Notes: generated from the sequence alone by a model not told the origin. A stretch of DNA of 64,000 bases from Ophelia neglecta (GCA_965285935.1 OZ260661.1:34720001-34784000); one strand, 5' to 3'; positions 1 through 13,400 are shown, counted from the stretch's first letter. Translations and numbers: made by a program.

Positions 1-911
1 TGATGTATTGTTAGGTGTTGTTTGCCCAAAACAAGTTGGATGTTAATATGAAAATGATCTACTTCGTTTAACCAATACTAATGTATGTTGCAAAGTACGA
101 GATTCGGAATACTGTTTGCACAGCAGACAGACGTGCGTTTGTATCAATAAACTGATTCCAAAATGACTTCAATCGAAGATTGACAGAAAATACAATTAAA
201 CTCAATTCAATACTAATTGTCAGTTGTTTACAGGCTGTAATTCAAATTAACTCGCGCATCAAATATGTTATGTGCATAATATAACTCAGTCATGCATCGA
301 GTAGCCTAACGTGTGTAAAAACACATCCTTGTTTCTCTCGATATAAATTATGCGTATGAATTGATTATTTGTGTACAGACTTACTTCCTCATCGTCCTCC
401 TTGCTCGACCGCCCCATCCCCTTCCCATAGTCACCATTTTTATTCCATAATAGTTTAGTAATCATTGAAAATGAAATGAGCTGCGATGTGGACGCTTATA
501 CGGTTAAATGCACATCAATTACTCAATAAATCCGCCCGTGGTAATAAGTTTATGAGATTCTGCTAAAGTATGCATTACAATTGCGAATACCTATGCATTA
601 AAATAAACATTTTTAGGAATGTGGAAAGTTTAATACATTGCGAGAGGGTAGATGAATTCCGGATTGCCTTGGCAAATGTGACTAGTTCTCTAGAAAGCTC
701 CCTCTACGTCACATATTTATTACAGGCGCTAAGCTTTCTGAACAGAATACCACGCAAACCTAAATTCGTATTACTGTGCGTGTCACCTTAACAGCAAACT
801 TTCCAATGTAAAAACACTTACACGTTTAAAATGTGTTCAAACAATGCGAGAAACGTTTTCAACAATTCTATATCTACTTACATATTTTAATGGCTTAAAG
901 TCGTATCTCAC

Positions 912-1035
912 CTATCCGACCAGTTCCCAATGGGAACGTAGTCATATCTTCCGTTTAGCTGCCTTTGATACTGATAAATTGTGTAACGTCCCATCGCATC
1001 ACCATTTTCGTTGAATTTAACTTTTCCAGAATGAC
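912..1035 (-). CDS. mGluR: mGluR coding exon 6, end of Venus flytrap domain; gene continues beyond the window start
   Basis: cctcacctag| [43 protein letters not shown]|GTGAGA; matches V-x-F-x-x-NGDA-x-GRY-x-I-x-QYQ...IG-x-W; 124 nt, phase 1 to 2. Confidence 0.93.
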
Positions 1036-1945
1036 CTAGGTGAGGTGGTGAAAGCACAATCAGAGCGTCGTGTGATATATAGGAGACCCATATGCCAATG
1101 TAGATGATTATTATATTACAGTTCACCATACTGTCTTTAAAGATGAGCTGCCTCAAAGACTATACTTATTGTCATGGCAAATTGTTCTGTTAAATCCACC
1201 CAGGACGAATTTTATTGACTATTCTACTTAAATCCTACTTTTACGATATAAAAAGCAGCTATTACAAGAGGCTAATTAGTAAACAGTCAAAGGATAGATA
1301 AAGGCGAGGAAATCTATACTATATCTAATACACTTACATTCTGAACACAATGGCAACTCTACAGCCATGCCCAATCTCGCTATCCAAAAAACTAGAAAAA
1401 TGCGCAGTGCGCAGGTCCCACTAATCCATAATTCATGCTTGTAAGCAGGATGCAAATCAATGAAGCAAAACTGTGTGCTTTGTGTGTAACAAGGACAAAA
1501 ATAAAGAGATTGCAATAACTGAATCCGGCAAAAAGTATTGCAGTGTTTTGTTAATATTTCCCAATTAATAAGTACATCACAGTTCTTATATTATAAATTG
1601 GTTAATATATTGTTTTCAGTTACAGAAAGCACTTCACTAACAAGTATACCAAAATGCTTGTTCTTTCAAATGTTTGCCACAAATGCACACACTGTGAATG
1701 CTACTGAAGGATAAGCGGGAGAACGCTTATATGGATCTATATGAAATACCGATAGGTATCTAATGGTTCAATATTCTAATTTACATTTTGATTTTTTTGT
1801 AGGTAATCGAAATGAGTAGATACATATACGATGCAGTATATATAGTTGGAACTCGGCGGGAACAACGTTGGAATTTTAAATAATGGGTGTACACTGAAGT
1901 GCTAAAAATAATGCATTCCGCGGTTCGAACCACTTGCCCACTAAC

Positions 1946-2146
1946 CAATAAAAGAAACCTTTCTGATATGTTTTAGTAATTGCGGCCCGGCCACAGGAAG
2001 CATTTCCCGGCACATTCCACGGGAATACCAACACTTTTCCAAGTGCAGGCTCTTAATTGCGAGCGCCATAGCATAGACGGCATCCACAACAAAAGGCACC
2101 AGACCCTCCTGCTTATAAGATGGATCGGAAGACAATGATTCTTGGC
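1946..2146 (-). CDS. mGluR: mGluR exon 5b, alternative duplicated exon
   Basis: tgttatttag| (G)QESLSSDPSYKQEGLVPFVVDAVYAMALAIKSLHLEKCWYSRGMCREMLPVAGPQLLKHIRKVSFI G|GTTAGT; 201 nt, phase 1-1. Confidence 0.92.
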
Positions 2147-2999
2147 CTAAATAACATAAATGTAAGCGCAATAATTAGTTTAAAAAACATCTAACACTCA
2201 TTCCAGCACAGCTAATCTAAGATATAATTTATATGTATCTCTCTCTTTCTCTCGATCTGGTTGATTTGCGCATGCGCATGAACAATCCACATCCGCTCAT
2301 GTGCTGACCGAAGACATTTAAGTAGAAAAACAAGTGATCATGTGAAAGGTTAGCTGAGATTAGGTAGGTTACAAACACCGTTTGGCTTGATTGTCACATT
2401 CAATGTCAATACTCTGTAAGCAGCTTTAGCAAAATGCAGTCTATCCAAGCTTGATGGTCGAGCGAAATGCGACAGCGAATGTGCAATAAAACCGCCATTG
2501 ATCTGTGAGACAAAGCTTATGTATTAGTTATCACTTGAAACGACCACAGCGGGTGACTATTCGACATGCAAATATGGTAATAGTTGAGGAGGCTAATGAG
2601 GGTTGTAAACAGAAAGAGTACAATAATCAAATAGCAAGTTCTAGTTTCAAATGTAAATACGCGATATATTACATTTAAAACAGAAATTATCTAAATTAAC
2701 ACCTAGAAATAGATATAAAGCTGCAAAGTTGTCTGCATTTGATATATATATATATGGGAAAAATGCGTCGCCAAAGTTGAATGAAAGGAAATGCGTTTCA
2801 TTTGAAGCATATTTCGGTTTGGTTCCTTAAAGAAACTAGCATTCTTAAACGCCAAATCACGGGGCCGAGAACATACTGATAGTTATTTGTGCTTGAAGGC
2901 TGAGGAGATTTTGGAGAGCATATATGTTTCCTGTCAGCTGGTGAAAATGTCCTCATATACATACAATATACCTGGAAGTTTTCGGAAGAGCAAACTAAC

Positions 3000-3200
3000 C
3001 GAAAAATGATACATTTCTGATATAACTCAGTATAAGTTCGCCTTCTGGGTGGCCGAGGAGCTTGCAACGACGTAGTCGCCGGGTACGACACTCCGCGGTC
3101 AGCATGTTATGTAGCGCATGTGCCATGGCATACACAGCATCCACGACGAACGGAACAATACCCTCCTGTTCGTAAGTCTCATGGGTAATTCTTAGTGTAT
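3000..3200 (-). CDS. mGluR: mGluR exon 5a, alternative duplicated exon (not in ORF track in this frame)
   Basis: tttttttctcttggcaag| (D)TLRITHETYEQEGIVPFVVDAVYAMAHALHNMLTAECRTRRLRRCKLLGHPEGELILSYIRNVSFF G|GTTAGT; open frame, 201 nt, phase 1-1, homologous to 1946-2146. Confidence 0.85.
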
Positions 3201-3590
3201 CTTGCCAAGAGAAAAAAATTTAGACATGTTAATTTGTCAAAATATGTGAAGATTGCCAGTCTCAAGTCCTACCTGTAAAAGATATCCAGTAGTTTTATCA
3301 AATGAACATGCTTGTGCGATTTGAAACAGTAACAATAGGTCATTAAGCTTTTTTTTCAATACAAACATCATAACAAATTGATAGCGGAAAAATATAAATA
3401 ACGGCAAATTAGTAAATGATATTTCACACAGTTTAACAATACAGTTTGGAATATTTGCCTTACACATGATATGATGTGATGGGATTAACTTCCATATTTC
3501 AACGGTTAGCTACTTGCCAGGTTAAGCAATTATTCTATTTTCAGCTATTGGCACGCAACCAACATTCATACTTTTACACCTCCACAATCA

Positions 3591-3776
<186 letters not shown>

Positions 3777-4031
3777 TTAAGGAGAATAATATAGAGGAGA
3801 AGAGGTAGTGAAATCAGGTGTCTAGTTAGTTGAGAAGAACAAGTCAGATACCATAGCACGTCCAGTTGTTAGAAAACAATCTAAACCTTCATGTGTTCTG
3901 TTTTAGCTCAAAACATAAACCATATACTAAAATTATTAGACCCAAGATGCACCGCCCATCATAGTCATTGACACATATTTCTCTTGTCAGAATTGGATTT
4001 TATAACATAAATCCGGTGAACACAGACTTAC

Positions 4032-4319
4032 CCTTTAACAGTTTACGTTGCGGTAATATTGTAACTGCTCCTTCTGCAGCGAATTCTTGATCCTCGACCG
4101 GTGTTTGTTTCGCGCCCCAGCTGTCGCTGGCCAGCCAGTAAAAAGAGTTTGTATGTCGCATGAATATCGTTTCATTAATGAGCCGTCTACAGTTATCCTC
4201 ATTAACAAACAAAACAACCACCTTCGCCTTTGAGGAGACAAGAAGGTTGGTGATGATATTGGAAAAAGTATTGGCTTTTATTTCTCTTGGAATTTTCTCT
4301 CGTTTAGCTATACAGATAC
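4032..4319 (-). CDS. mGluR: mGluR coding exon 3
   Basis: ttatttccag| GICIAKREKIPR...AKVVVLFVNEDNCRRL...WLASDSWGAK...AAEGAVTILPQRKLLK G|GTAAGT; 288 nt, phase 1-1. Confidence 0.95.
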
Positions 4320-5697
4320 CTGGAAATAAAATGTATACAATATGGTCATGCACGATAACATTTTTGTGAAAGTGGGTCTTTTAATGTGCAGTCAGATGTA
4401 TAATAGACATTGTGCGAGTGTATAATTTTAAATGATGTATTACATTAGTACTTTTTCCCTGTTCACCATTTTAATCAAGTACTTTCGATCGTCTGCCAAC
4501 ATCTGTTTCTGCCGTAATATTCAGCGGTTAATTTGTTAACATCCCTGCAATCGCCGAACATTTAGATGAGAAAGCATAACTTCAGAATGATTAATATTTC
4601 CACGAATTATCTATAGTTCATTGTTTTATAGAATATATATTGTCGTGTTAAGTGACTATGCATCAATGCATTCCTAGTACTACATGATCGAAAAGGGCGT
4701 AAGACACCATTAACTTGATAATCCCCAGTACCAAAAGGTAGTTTTAGCTATTTAACAACTCTTCTTTATACATATGTGTAATTGCCCATCGTTTTTCTCT
4801 TTCTTTCGAAAACTATGACAACATCAACCCAATAACTAATGCTTTTGTATTTCAAAGTTTAAAAAGTAACGCCAAAGAAATATTTCGACAATGGTTGAGA
4901 ACGCTCTACATTGTGCTAGGGTTATTTAATATGAAATATTGCGATACCAGGTAATGTGGCACCGTGTTAGCCCTCCGTTCATTGACAATAAACTGATCAG
5001 TCTTAACTAAATTGCTGTATTGAAATTATAGCAAAAGCATTGCCCTAATGTATTTGAGATCTCCTCTTATGAAGCTAGTTGTGTGTAATTAATGATTAAT
5101 GTGGCCACCGAAGACAGTGGATGCATAACTTGCATTTTAAGTCCATAATTTACAAATCCCTACACACTCATCTATTATCATTATCTGTATAGACTGTCAG
5201 CTGCAGGAGAACACAGCGAAGTTGTCCGCTATATCATCTAAACACGGAAATACACACCATTCCAAGCTGCTTTGCTAGGAATGCTTCATTATTTAGTAAG
5301 TGTATGTATGCAGCGATGAGGCATTAGTAGGGGGGGGGGGGGGGTAGGTTTATGTGGTAAACCCTTTGTCAGTTATCACACGTCATGTAAGTCGATTTTC
5401 GAACAGTAGGCCTTTTAAGCGTTAAATAAGATATGCCGTTGTGAAATAATACTCGTCAAAAGCTACTTGCAACATAAAACCTTTAATCAGCATATTGGCA
5501 ACTACACCTGCTAGGAAAAGCTCATTGCCAACTGATACCAATGCGTTATTTTATATCGATTTAGAGAAAGAAAAGTCAGGTATAATGAAAGCTCGTTTAC
5601 AAGACGAAAACGCCATATGCGGGAATTGTTTAATTTCCGTAGGCTTGCATAAAGAACATTTAAAGACGTAGCCTCTATGAGACAGATGGCCATTATT

Positions 5698-6608
5698 ACC
5701 CTCCGCAATCTAAACAATGATTGAGGAAATTTAAAAGTTAACATTGTACATGGCGATTTTACCAAGCATAGTTATACCTCCAGGCTCAAACTCTGTATTT
5801 GATAATTTATGTATCTATCATGGTTGGGTTATTGGACACATGAAATCTATATGATAGTTATGTCTATCGTTTGGAGAAATATATATTGTATCGTAAAGTA
5901 ATGTAAAACTAATAATATTGTGTCAATTTGTCACTATTTGTTTATCTTTTATAAATGTATATAACCTTTAATCTGGTGACTGTATGGCATTTCCGTTGAA
6001 TATGACACTGTTCTGTTAACCAATTGTACCCATGTGTTTAGCTTTTTTCCTCATTTTATTAAAAATCTCAAATAATGTCCATATATACCAAGCTGGATTA
6101 AAAATGGCGACAGGCATCCAAGTCTAGCCATCGCTAGATTCGAGCCATATTTATATAAAGAAAAAAAAGCATGTAAACGCAAAGACAAAAGCAAAAATAA
6201 ACACTGATTTATTAATTTGTTAACTTACTCTGCGTGCCGGAGGGAAAAAACGTTTGCTCAATTCCATGGTTAGATTTACCTTATCTAAAGCTTAATTAAA
6301 TCTTGTGAATACGACTAAAATGCCATACGCGTGATTTTTTTTAATTTCATGTATAAGAAAACGAACAAAGATGTAACACACCCTGCGCAATCTTAACAAT
6401 GCTTGAGAAATCTAAAAGATAACATTGTACATTTGACGAAGCATTGAAGCAAGTTTTCGCATTGTTATAACTTCTTCCCCTACCCCTGTTTTGGAAATTT
6501 AGGCATCTATCATAGTTTGGTAAGTTGACAATAGAATTAAAATAATAGTTATGTCTATCGTATGGAGAAATATTATGAGTATCGTTTAGCAATGTAAAAC
6601 TAATAGTA
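5698..6608. repeat. Diverged direct repeat of about 210 bp (5698-5915 and 6380-6608)
   Basis: Collinear blocks CGCAATCT.AACAATG, TAACATTGTACAT, ATAGTTATGTCTATCGT.TGGAGAAAT and AATGTAAAACTAAT in both copies. Confidence 0.8.
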
Positions 6609-8463
6609 AGCCACGAGTATAATGCAAATAGTCACGAAAAAACAAATACAGTTATTGCAAGCTTTTTAAGACAATAATTCATTATTTACTATTTGAAAAA
6701 AATGAAAATATGCATAGTTTTCCATGTTCCAAACAAAATTTATTAATCCGGTTTTGGTTTTAACAGATATCCACAGATAAGCTGTTTTTTTACCCTTCAA
6801 TCACATTATCATATCCTGCAAGGGTCGGTGTTTGATATATGACATTCACTATCTACTATCCTTTGCAACGAACCAAATTCCACCTGCAACGCTACCCCTT
6901 TGGCCCAGCTAGTCATTATAATTATCATCAAGGAGTGATGACTATCACAATAAGACATCATTCCTGACCCCATCCCTTCTTATGCCTATTAACTGGAAAG
7001 TGGAAAGCTTTCGAAACTCTTTCCTTGCTTCAATGAATTCGACCATCATAAGCTTCGGCACATTCTAAGCAATAAATGAGGAGCTGCTCGTTATTTCTCA
7101 ATATTGAAAGCAAACCAGGACCGACTGTCTACCAGTGTTTCTAGGGTAACCTCATTGACCCCATCTTCAGAAAGAAATAACATGGTCTAGGCCTCAATTC
7201 CTGCGCAACTCATTGGATAGTATAACTGGACCCTTTCGCCTTGTTTATTATCAAATTATTTGAAAACATTACAAGATACTTCCCAATTTTAACTGGCATC
7301 GTTTGAAGAGGAAACTGATCTTTTAGATAGACGTCTTTATGGCAACAGAGATGATCTAGATTTCAGCCGATGTGATAAAATTAGGCGTAAGAAAAGTCAA
7401 TCCCTTTGGCGAAATTACATTTCTTTGAACTCCCTTCATACCATCACGGAAATGTGTTGTGCCCCAATGGGAGTACAATGAACATCCGTTGTGTGATTTC
7501 GCTGGCCATCTTACTCAAACTCATCCTGGACAGGAACCGTTTTATGAAGAATAAAAATCCGAATCCCAAGATTGACCGACGTCACGGTAGTATTGCTGGC
7601 TAGAAGGTTAATTACTTTGATGAGTTTTTTAAGCCACCGCTTGAATATGGTATAGGATACTGACACCTTTCATCAGAACTCTTTTGATTTGCCAAAATAC
7701 AAACACCCAAATATATTTACGGTTCTTCATAATATAAATGTGCTCCGTGCCCTTAAACTGAATCTAGGTCAACCCTTTGTGGTCGACAGCATATAAAGGT
7801 ATATTTCCACGCGACATTTCCACACCCAGCAGCCAAGTATGAAGATCAGTGGACGTCATATAAATACTTTCCCATGGAATGTCACCAAGTCAGATTCAGC
7901 ATGCGTACATAAATGAAGCTGTTTATTACACTAGCAATATCCTCATTGCAAAACGCCTTTGGCTTAACGATCGATATTTGTTCGTATTATAAAAGGGAAA
8001 TTCAGTTGAGGCATGTGCATGAGATGTCAGATATATATACACGCCCCTGTTTAGAATAAGCACAATTCTAGGTGCTCCATTCCAGTTACCGCCATATTAG
8101 CTGCGTATCAGGCGTTTGTTTTAAGTATGTGTTTGGTATTTCTGTTTCGATTGTTCTTCTGGTGAAGATATAAGAAGTGTGTCCATCTTTTTATTTTTAT
8201 CATCATCGCCATTATTGTAAGCTTTATTATTATCATTAATATTTCAAATTTATATAGCTCTTAGACCCTCAGAAACGCATTAAACGTTATCAAACAAATG
8301 GATTTGGATATCCTAGGCAACATGTTAAAATCGAAGAAGCTAAAAATTAATGCCTCAAAATTGCTTAAAATAACTTAAGTTGAGTACAAATAAAATATTA
8401 CAGTTCTAGACTATTGAAATGCTTACACGAATAAATTAGTTTTAGTGCCCTTCAGAATGATTA

Positions 8464-8772
<309 letters not shown>

Positions 8773-10111
8773 TCAATACAAGGAGCATTGCATTAAAAAT
8801 CATATATGAAGACCGTGTTAACAAAATACCGGATGATTTCTACATCATTTTGTGTAATTAAAAGGCAAAGTAACAGTAATAGCTTAATAATATCTAGCCA
8901 TATCGGATAGTTTCCTGTTTAATTAAGTGGGAGTCTATTCAATGCTAATGCTTTGACATAACATCATGAAGGAGATGATTAATTCCACAACACGTTAGGT
9001 GTTGACGTATGCAGTAATCATTGGTATCACCGTTATTTCCAAGAGCTGACTTTGACAGATGGATTGGGGATTCCAGTGATAATTGGGTCTCGAATAAAAT
9101 AATTTCGGTAACCATGAGACAAATGAGTAATCCAACTCTTATGTGATTTGCACTTTTTATATAAATTTCAATGAGCAAATAAAACTTCATACACATCAAA
9201 TAAACTAGGGTAAAATATGCAATATGCTAATGACTCTATGAATGACCTTGGGATATCAGCAGCGATTAAAATAACGTAAACTGTCTTATAGGGGACTATA
9301 AGTATAATTGAAATAAAAAACAAAGTGCTCCTCCGTTGATAATTTTATGAATATGGGATATTTGTACCAGTGGGAAATGACAGTCCTTCTCACATACAGA
9401 ACCACCTACTAAACCAGTCGAAAACATACGCATCCAAGCATACGAAACGACTAAGATAAAAGACAAACTGATAATGAAACGTTGGTGAGAGTCCCCTGTT
9501 CGACCTGCTGTGGGGCTACTGTTGTATAAAATCGCTATCTTTCTCCGACAATTCCTTGATCCGAGGCGATTCATATTACGCCATGCATACGTCAAAATAT
9601 AACCTGTTTCTCAGCGTAGCTAAAGAGCCCAATTTCCAGAATGACTAACATTATTGTCCTTGTGATGCCGATAAATTAATTGAAACGAGGTCATCAATTT
9701 GTCAGAAGAGGATATTTGATATTCATATTTCAGTGTTAAACTTTAACTGACTTCATGAAAATTGACCTGGGGATACATTGACGACCGAAATATTCACATA
9801 TACAGGTTGGACAGCCGATTGGTTTATTTTTAATCGTATCGACTTAAAATGATTGACTGGACAATCATAAGCTAATATGTATTGTCCAGAAGTGACATGG
9901 TAAACAATCTACAAAAACTGTGCTTATCACGTCAATTTTTATCTTTGCCAATTGACCGTTGAAACACCTCGAAACTTTTACAGAGATAGGACTCGTGACA
10001 ACGGTTCTAATGACAAAATCATGAAAATGAGGACGACATAACGAACCTAAAGACTGAACATTGTCGACAAATCCTTGGCAGACCTATCTCAAATTTATGT
10101 GTGTTGGTGGT

Positions 10112-10480
10112 TAGGGTTGCATGACGTTTCATTTGAAACTATCCGATCCCAATACTTGTGAAACAATTCCGATACCACAAGATACCGATACTTTTTAGAG
10201 ATCGTTGGTTCAAATAGGCGGTGTTTCAAGGGTGTAGAGTTGCATTATAATTTCTTTTCAAACCATTCCAAAATGCAACAGTTGAGCTTTAACAAATATA
10301 CTGAATGCAGGAAAAGTTTGTAGATCTACAACATTTTCTATTTACTACATTATAATTTCAACCCTTTTCATTGAAGAAAGTATCGTATCGTAGTATCATA
10401 ATCAGTACTAAAATATACCGATAAGGATACGTCAAATCTGATAGGAAACGGGTAGTAGAGGATACCGGTATGCAGCCCTA
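10112..10480. mobile_element. hAT-like MITE remnant
   Basis: Termini TAGGGTTGCAT / ATGCAGCCCTA (10 of 11 inverted) with internal (C)GATAC / GTATCG repeats; no clear target-site duplication. Confidence 0.6.
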
Positions 10481-13400
10481 TTAAAGAAGGGCACATGCTC
10501 ACAACACAAGAGGATTAATACCAACTCTTGTTATAGTCAGTGGCCCCAATTCTTGTTACACCCATTATCCCAATATTTTTATCGAAATCAAAGATTGAAC
10601 CGCTGCTGTGACATCCTGGCCTCCTGTCAACTTGTCCTTTGATGTGTCAACTAGATAAGTTCAATAAGAGAAGCTAGTGTGTCAGTTGTGTAGAAAAAGT
10701 TATACGCTGCAAACTAGGTTATATACTCTCTTAGGTAACAAAATTTCAATAGCATAAAAAACCACTAACCACAGACAACTAACACTGGTATTGAACCACG
10801 AGTTCATCACCTGACGTAAAGTAACGCTTTATTATATGGGATAATCTATCTACTAATAGTAAATTATTAGGATGATGAGTGTATGCGCACCTGTTGATGA
10901 CGTGACGAGCGTTTATAATAGCTGCCTCAGGGGCACACAAGGCGCCATAAATTATCATCGCCAGTGTTCCATCAGACGGGGCAATGCCTTGTGTATGACC
11001 AGTCGGGCCAGGTGATAGACTACGCCAGCTGTAGTCCTATTTGCTTGAGGGTATGTTACCTAGGTGTGGCATATCAAATGCAAAGCGACGACCAGAAAAG
11101 ACTTTACAAACAGCCCCTTGGCTTTGATAGCATCGCAGTTATTAACATCACACAAGTTTTAGTACTATGTGTGCTTGTAACATATATGTGTCTGGTAAAT
11201 AATATACGCATTAGTTTTCAGATAAACAATTACTATTCAAATTGTCCTAAATGGTTTCAGTGCATAGCCTGACTGACGATAAAACTTACACTCTTCATGG
11301 CACCATGTTTTTGCGAAAAAAATGGGGCAACATCGTAATATTCACCAGTTGTCATGGTATAATGAATAACTAATTTAATTCGGCTTATTTGCGCTAAGTT
11401 TCCTCGACTTACTTGATATTTCAATTTGACTTCCTTTTATGAAGACCCCACTGTATGAGTAGAGATACTTTTTGCATATCAATTGATCGACAATGTACGA
11501 TTATTCTACTGCTTGACCGGCTTTTAAAAATTAATTTGCTTAAAGACGTTTCAAAGACGACTGGCGAGCAGAAAACTATTACGTAGGGAGCGTAAATTGC
11601 AAGTGTGCAGGTAGGAAAAAATTGGTAAGAAAATAAAAACCTTTATCAGAGTATGGTGGGATTATTTGTAGGAATGATTTCCATCGTTTTTTGTTGTTGA
11701 AATGTTAGTATAGAGAAAGCTTTTAAAACTTCTACTTCATCACAGATAACTAAAATATATATTAATGCCACGTTCATTTAAGTACACCATGCTGAATACA
11801 AGATACAGTATATGCTCTAGATCGGAATTGAAGGCAGTAATGCTGGAGCGGCGGACTGAAGTGACTCTGTGGATGAAACGTGCAATAAATCACGCAGTAC
11901 CTTGAATCGGTGGGTCATTCAATAGTTATTAATCAAGTCGGCAACCAAACGCCAGGGATGAAGATTAACTTGAATAATTTTCTTCGCCAAAGGACCAGAC
12001 TGGACCCCAAAGTCGATAACACTATTTTATAAAATGACAACGCTGTTAGAAGTTTGAATGAACCCATCGCAGAATAAGTAATACTCAACGTAGCGACAAA
12101 CTTCGTATGACGACTATTCATATTCAATATATTCAAGAACTTTCGTGCCAAAATATTCCGGCAACCATTTCTAGAAATCCTGCCTTCTTTAGCCCCATCC
12201 CGAGCACCCCCCCCCCCTCTGCGGTATCTATTATAAAGTGCCGAAAAGGTTACATGTTTTTATTTCTTATATCTCAAGTTTGGCATTTTTTCAAAACATT
12301 TGACACAACTATCATTCACAACTTATAGTCCAACTTAAGAGATGAACACTAAGTTACAACAAATTGCATTTTGCTATGTTATTATTCTCCTATACAGAGA
12401 AATATCGAGTACCTTTCATGTCCATCGTCTTTATTTATGTTACTAACAACGCGCCTGCTATCAATTTTCCTCTGAATGAATCCCTTACGGCCGGCTCAGA
12501 TGTTCAATATTGTGTCTGCCAGCGACTGATGACTATTCTTTGACAATCAATTATATCAGTATGGTTTTACAAAAGACTGTAGCCCGTGGTCTAGAAGGAG
12601 TAAAAATAAGCACTCATCATCAAATAAACACCAGTAAACATACCAAAGCAGGGCCATAGTATGGTAATTATAGATCTTATGATTAGGGTTTATATTTACT
12701 CAATATCCTTAATTGATTCATCAGAAAAGCACCTTGAAATATGGGCCACGTAGTTGAATAATTGTAGTCTAAAACACCATATCAAAGTAAATATATATTT
12801 ATATTTGCCCGCTTTGTTTATAGTTCTTGCCTCTGAAAACAGTGGTATAATCAGCTTATTATAATATACCTAGGTTTTTCGCCAAGGGGCGTAGGGGTGG
12901 GGGGGGGGGGGGGAGAGGAAACAGCTTCCACTTTTTTACGGTCGACCTCAACGTAGGATATAGAAACAGCAATTGTTATGGGAATAGATTTGATGATGAA
13001 GCTCAAACTGATTCATATAGATACAATTGATACAAATAGGGTAATCTTTATATATAGTCTTGCACGCGCTGTGTAATATCATGTTACGCTCTTGACGACT
13101 TCATATGCGTTCTTTGACAAAAGTGAGTCAGTCCCAAATTTTGCAGCAATGGTTAGCGACCCGCACACCAGCAAATGGTTCCAGCAATACTCTTAAATGC
13201 AATTGGTGTGTTATGAGGCACTTAACAGAAACTTTCTTAGGACACTCGGTATTTATTGCGTAAATGGCTTGTTAGACATGTCATGGAAAAATTATCATTA
13301 CTCGAGGTTTTGATCAGACCATCATGGTGTTAAGAATAGTTATGCCTGTGATATAATGTGTGTAGCATAGAACTTGACAACAACAGGTTTTGGAGTTAGT

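Noticed and set aside
2798-3091. 97-aa minus-strand ORF overlapping exon 5a
   Set aside because: It is a different frame from the mGluR-homologous one and has no recognisable similarity.
1790-3285. Possible docking/selector pairing between about 3269-3285 and about 1790-1806
   Set aside because: Complementarity is short, AT-rich and mismatched; not distinguishable from chance by eye.
6960-7920. Stretch with decayed-coding feel in intron 2
   Set aside because: Many stops and no motif I can assign; would need BLASTx against transposon proteins.
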